DNA of 64,000 nucleotides from Candidatus Binatia bacterium (GTDB lineage Bacteria; Desulfobacterota; Binatia; UBA9968; JAJDTQ01): NCBI GenBank assembly GCA_963666515.2, contig OY762897.2, positions 4,352,001 to 4,416,000 of the forward strand, read 5' to 3'. Shown piece by piece: positions 61,310 to 64,000 of this stretch (position 1 is its first letter; each line of letters starts with the position of its first letter). The notes under the pieces were generated by a model. It saw only the letters and a program-made list of their open reading frames with translations, ran no database searches and was not told where the DNA came from. The position numbers and the translations under genes were made by a program.

Positions 61310-63188
61310 CTAGAATCCTTGATCGACAGGATCTTGACTCAGGAAGACAAGATATTTGAACTGGACTTCGTTCGTACATGAATACTATCGTAGGCCATCG
61401 CGAGTTGTAACGCTCGGTAGTTTAAGCGACGAGCTTCGCCTCATCGCAAATGGCATCGAGGTTCCTGGTGATGGCGGCAAAGCGCCGATGGGTCTTGGTA
61501 TTGCCGCTCACGGCGTCGGGCGCAAGATGGGCCAGGCCGGGGCGAAGGATGCGGTTGTAGACACGCGTGTAGAACATCGCCACCTTGAGGCCGTGTTCGG
61601 TCAAGTGGTAGCGGTAGGCGCCGGGGATGCGCTCGATCAGGCCGTGCAGGCGCAGGCGTCTCAGGTCGTAACTCATTCGGCCCGGGCGCATTGGACTGGG
61701 ATCGAGGCCCAGGAGTGCACCGAGGTGCCCGCGCAGGTCGCGGTTGGAGAAGCCGCGGGCCGAAAGAGTGAACAAGAGCAGGGCCTGCATCAGAGCCTGC
61801 ACGCGCTCATCGGCGAAGCGCAGGGCCGAGGCGCGTTGTCCGTGGAACTCCAGGCCGCGTTGATGGCGTTGGAGTTCGTCTTCACCCAGGGCACAGTCGT
61901 GGCTGATGGTTTCTATCTGCAACAGACGACGGTTGGCTGTGAAGCCGACCTGGCACAACGCCGCCAGGTTAGACAGCCGCCGGCCCAGGGCGAAGTCATA
62001 GGTGTCGTTGACGGTGGTCTCGGTGCGCAGCGCCTGCCCTTCCTTGTGGTACTGCTTGATGCGCGAGTGCTTGTAGTCCACGTGCAAGGAAGGGGTGACG
62101 CCTGCGGTGATGACCCGGGTACGGAACCGACCGGGGGTGCGCCGGGTGACCCGGCGCTGGAAGATCAACTGCACCTGGCTGGGGCGACCGAGATCGAGGT
62201 TCTCGCGGATCACGTCCTCGAAAAAGACGCGGCCCGAGGCCGGGCGGTCGAGCACCTGGGTCAGGCTGAACTCCGCTTGCAGGATGGAGATGTCGTAGCG
62301 CAGACCGGCGCGACGGTCCTGAGGCGTATACGGATGCGGCAGGCGATCGAACCACTTGCGCGCCAGTCTGTCGATGAAAGCGGCATCGAAGCCTTCGCAG
62401 ATCTGTTGCAGCGCCTCGGGGTCTCCGCAGCAGCGCACGCCGTTGTCCAAAGCCTCGAACGGGATGCCGCGCTCGCGCAACTGGCACTTGGCGTACTCGT
62501 TGCCGTTGAGGCACAGCTTGCCGTTGTACGGGAAGTAGGTGCAGAACTTGATGAAGAACGGCCCCGCCTGTTTGTCCACGCAATAGAAATACACATGGTT
62601 GACCATCGCGGTAGACGAGACCACCCACGGATAGGTGACCCCGGTGTCCGGGTTCCGGCGCCGCTCGGTGCGCATCACACGGGCCTTCTCCTGCGCTATC
62701 CCGATGTACAAAACCCCTTCGGTTCCCTTGAACCGCCCCAGGTACTCCTGCGTCACCTCGTCCTTGCGCTGGCCCTTCTTGAAGTGCACCACCTCGATCT
62801 GCTCCCGCTCCGCAAAGTCCTTCACCGCCTGCACGAACTCCCGACTCTTGGGCGCCAGCGCCACCGTCGACGCAAACCGCTGGCCATGGTGCTTGTGCAG
62901 ATACCCCACTACCCCGCCCACGCTCTGCAACTGCGGCACATACAGGTTCAAGTACAGGCGATCCACCGACTCGTATTCCAGCGTCACGTGATCGCGCAAT
63001 ACTTCCGCTACGGTTTGTGGTAGGCTCATGTCCGGCTCCGGTTGCTTCGGGCTTTTATGCCCATTTGACCCTTTGAGGTCCGACCTTGCAAGGTCCCATG
63101 ACCAGGGATTCAATCCCTGCTACAAGCGACCGGAGCCAATCCCCTTACCCCCTCGTCGGTCTGAGGCGAAGCCTCGCTAGAATTCTTG
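61310..63188 (-). mobile_element. Putative single-ORF insertion element bounded by CTAGAATYCTTG direct repeats
   Basis: CTAGAATCCTTG (61310-61321) and CTAGAATTCTTG (63177-63188); one ORF plus structured leader; interrupts a defence locus. Confidence 0.55.
61422..63029 (-). CDS. Rep_trans-like putative tyrosine nickase/transposase with C-terminal winged HTH (535 aa)
   Basis: SRIKQYHKEGQALRTETT resembles the YxK...RxE core of Rep_trans/filamentous-phage initiators; GFSNRDLR...SYDLRRLRLHGLIERIPGAYRYHLT is wHTH-like. The ORF is solid; the function is inferred. Confidence 0.6.
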   Translation of the reverse strand: MSLPQTVAEVLRDHVTLEYESVDRLYLNLYVPQLQSVGGVVGYLHKHHGQRFASTVALAPKSREFVQAVKDFAEREQIEVVHFKKGQRKDEVTQEYLGRFKGTEGVLYIGIAQEKARVMRTERRRNPDTGVTYPWVVSSTAMVNHVYFYCVDKQAGPFFIKFCTYFPYNGKLCLNGNEYAKCQLRERGIPFEALDNGVRCCGDPEALQQICEGFDAAFIDRLARKWFDRLPHPYTPQDRRAGLRYDISILQAEFSLTQVLDRPASGRVFFEDVIRENLDLGRPSQVQLIFQRRVTRRTPGRFRTRVITAGVTPSLHVDYKHSRIKQYHKEGQALRTETTVNDTYDFALGRRLSNLAALCQVGFTANRRLLQIETISHDCALGEDELQRHQRGLEFHGQRASALRFADERVQALMQALLLFTLSARGFSNRDLRGHLGALLGLDPSPMRPGRMSYDLRRLRLHGLIERIPGAYRYHLTEHGLKVAMFYTRVYNRILRPGLAHLAPDAVSGNTKTHRRFAAITRNLDAICDEAKLVA

Positions 63189-63208
63189 TCTTTTCAGGAG
63201 GTTAGGGG
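63034..63208 (-). ncRNA. Multi-stem structured leader (RNA or ssDNA) upstream of the Rep-like ORF
   Basis: 14-bp closing stem (63034-47/63124-37) enclosing four hairpins, plus a GAGGC-GAA-GCCTC hairpin and a further 13-bp imperfect stem. Confidence 0.5.
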
Positions 63209-63493
63209 CGGGTTTTGCCCGATGACACGCATCCGTGCGTCCGGACCAACGCAAGAGCTACGGTCAATTCTGGTGCGTGGGGGAGTCGGATCTGGCGGCT
63301 TTGCGAGAGGACCGACCTCAGAAACAGTCCTTAGTTCTTCCGTGTGCTGAGGCCACGGTGCAGCCGTGGTCGGATGCTGGGGCTGGTCACGCGCTCACGA
63401 TTGCGATTGACTCCTCTACGCGGCGGGCGAGGCGGTTCTGCTGGTGCCTTGCGGTATCTGATTGTTTCCGAGTTCGTGGTAACGGGTGGGGTG

Positions 63494-64000
63494 ATGAGCG
63501 ATTCGAAGAGGTTGATCGAGGTATCGCTGCCTTTGGAGGCCATCAACAAGGCGGCGTCTCGGGAGAAATCGATCCGGCATGGGCATCCGAGCACGTTGCA
63601 TCTGTGGTGGGCGCGACGGCCTTTGGCGGCGGCACGGGCGGTGATTTTTGCACAGATGGTGGACGACCCGTCGGAGTATGTGGATGTACTGCTTTCGGAC
63701 ACGGGAAGGAAGCGAGTTGCGGAGCGCGAGTTGAAGGAGCGTCTTGCGGACCACGAGAGGAAGCGATTGATTTCGGGAGAGGATGGGTCGGCGGGGCCGG
63801 AGTTGACGATTGAGGCGGTGGCAGCGGAGTTGGAGCGCAAGCGGCTGTTCGGGCTGATCGAGGAGTTGGTGAGGTGGGAGAACACGACGAACGAGGAGGT
63901 ATTGGAGCGGGCACGGTCGGAGATTTGGCAGAGTTGGCGGCGGGCTTGCGCGCGGAACGCCGATCATCCACGGGCGAAGGAGTTGTATGACCGCCACAAG
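63494..64000 (+). CDS. DUF1156-domain adenine DNA methylase-like protein, runs off the right edge
   Basis: Manual translation [60 protein letters not shown], the DUF1156 N-terminal signature. Confidence 0.9.
   Translation, partial: MSDSKRLIEVSLPLEAINKAASREKSIRHGHPSTLHLWWARRPLAAARAVIFAQMVDDPSEYVDVLLSDTGRKRVAERELKERLADHERKRLISGEDGSAGPELTIEAVAAELERKRLFGLIEELVRWENTTNEEVLERARSEIWQSWRRACARNADHPRAKELYDRHK

Noticed and set aside
61422-63029. Plain MarR-type regulator, DDE/HUH transposase or group II intron protein
   Set aside because: The wHTH covers only the C-terminal part; no DDE triad, HUH motif or YADD RT motif recognised; no long terminal inverted repeats.
63034-63137. Multi-stem structure as a tRNA
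   Set aside because: The 14-bp closing stem and four short arms do not fit tRNA geometry; no canonical T-loop, D-loop or anticodon arm.
63235-63997. ORFs 63235-63813 (+) and 63331-63885, 63416-63997, 63543-63971 (-)
   Set aside because: Alternative frames over the DUF1156 gene that starts at 63494 and is missing from the track.

Overview
High-GC bacterial window. The gene content (several TTT transporters, LLM, amidohydrolase and UbiD catabolic genes, a DUF1640 protein and a giant Calx-beta autotransporter) suggests a deltaproteobacteria/Binatota-like, possibly host-associated organism; this is inference only. Layout: 1-9.5 kb transport and catabolism. 9.5-11.3 kb a small low-GC insertion bracketed by the 3' end of an M24 peptidase gene and a fragmented, synonymously diverged copy of that gene. 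11.6-22.5 kb a 3625-aa repeat adhesin/autotransporter with a sigma54/IHF-type promoter. 22.5-54.3 kb mostly housekeeping and metabolism (pduO-type adenosyltransferase, fabI, ptsP, folE, pepA, trxA, mreBCD-mrdA-rodA, ppiD-like, gloA, thiolase/DUF35). 54.4-64 kb a defence island (SNF2-DUF3883 helicase-nuclease, GmrSD-like DUF262-DUF1524, an unknown PD-(D/E)xK protein, DUF1156 methylase). The best novelty candidate is a ~1.9-kb single-ORF element in that island (about 61310-63208). It encodes a Rep_trans-like tyrosine motif plus a C-terminal wHTH, is bounded by CTAGAATYCTTG direct repeats, has a subterminal hairpin and carries a highly structured multi-stem leader. It may be a rolling-circle-type insertion element outside the standard IS families. 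No rRNA, tRNA or CRISPR array was seen.
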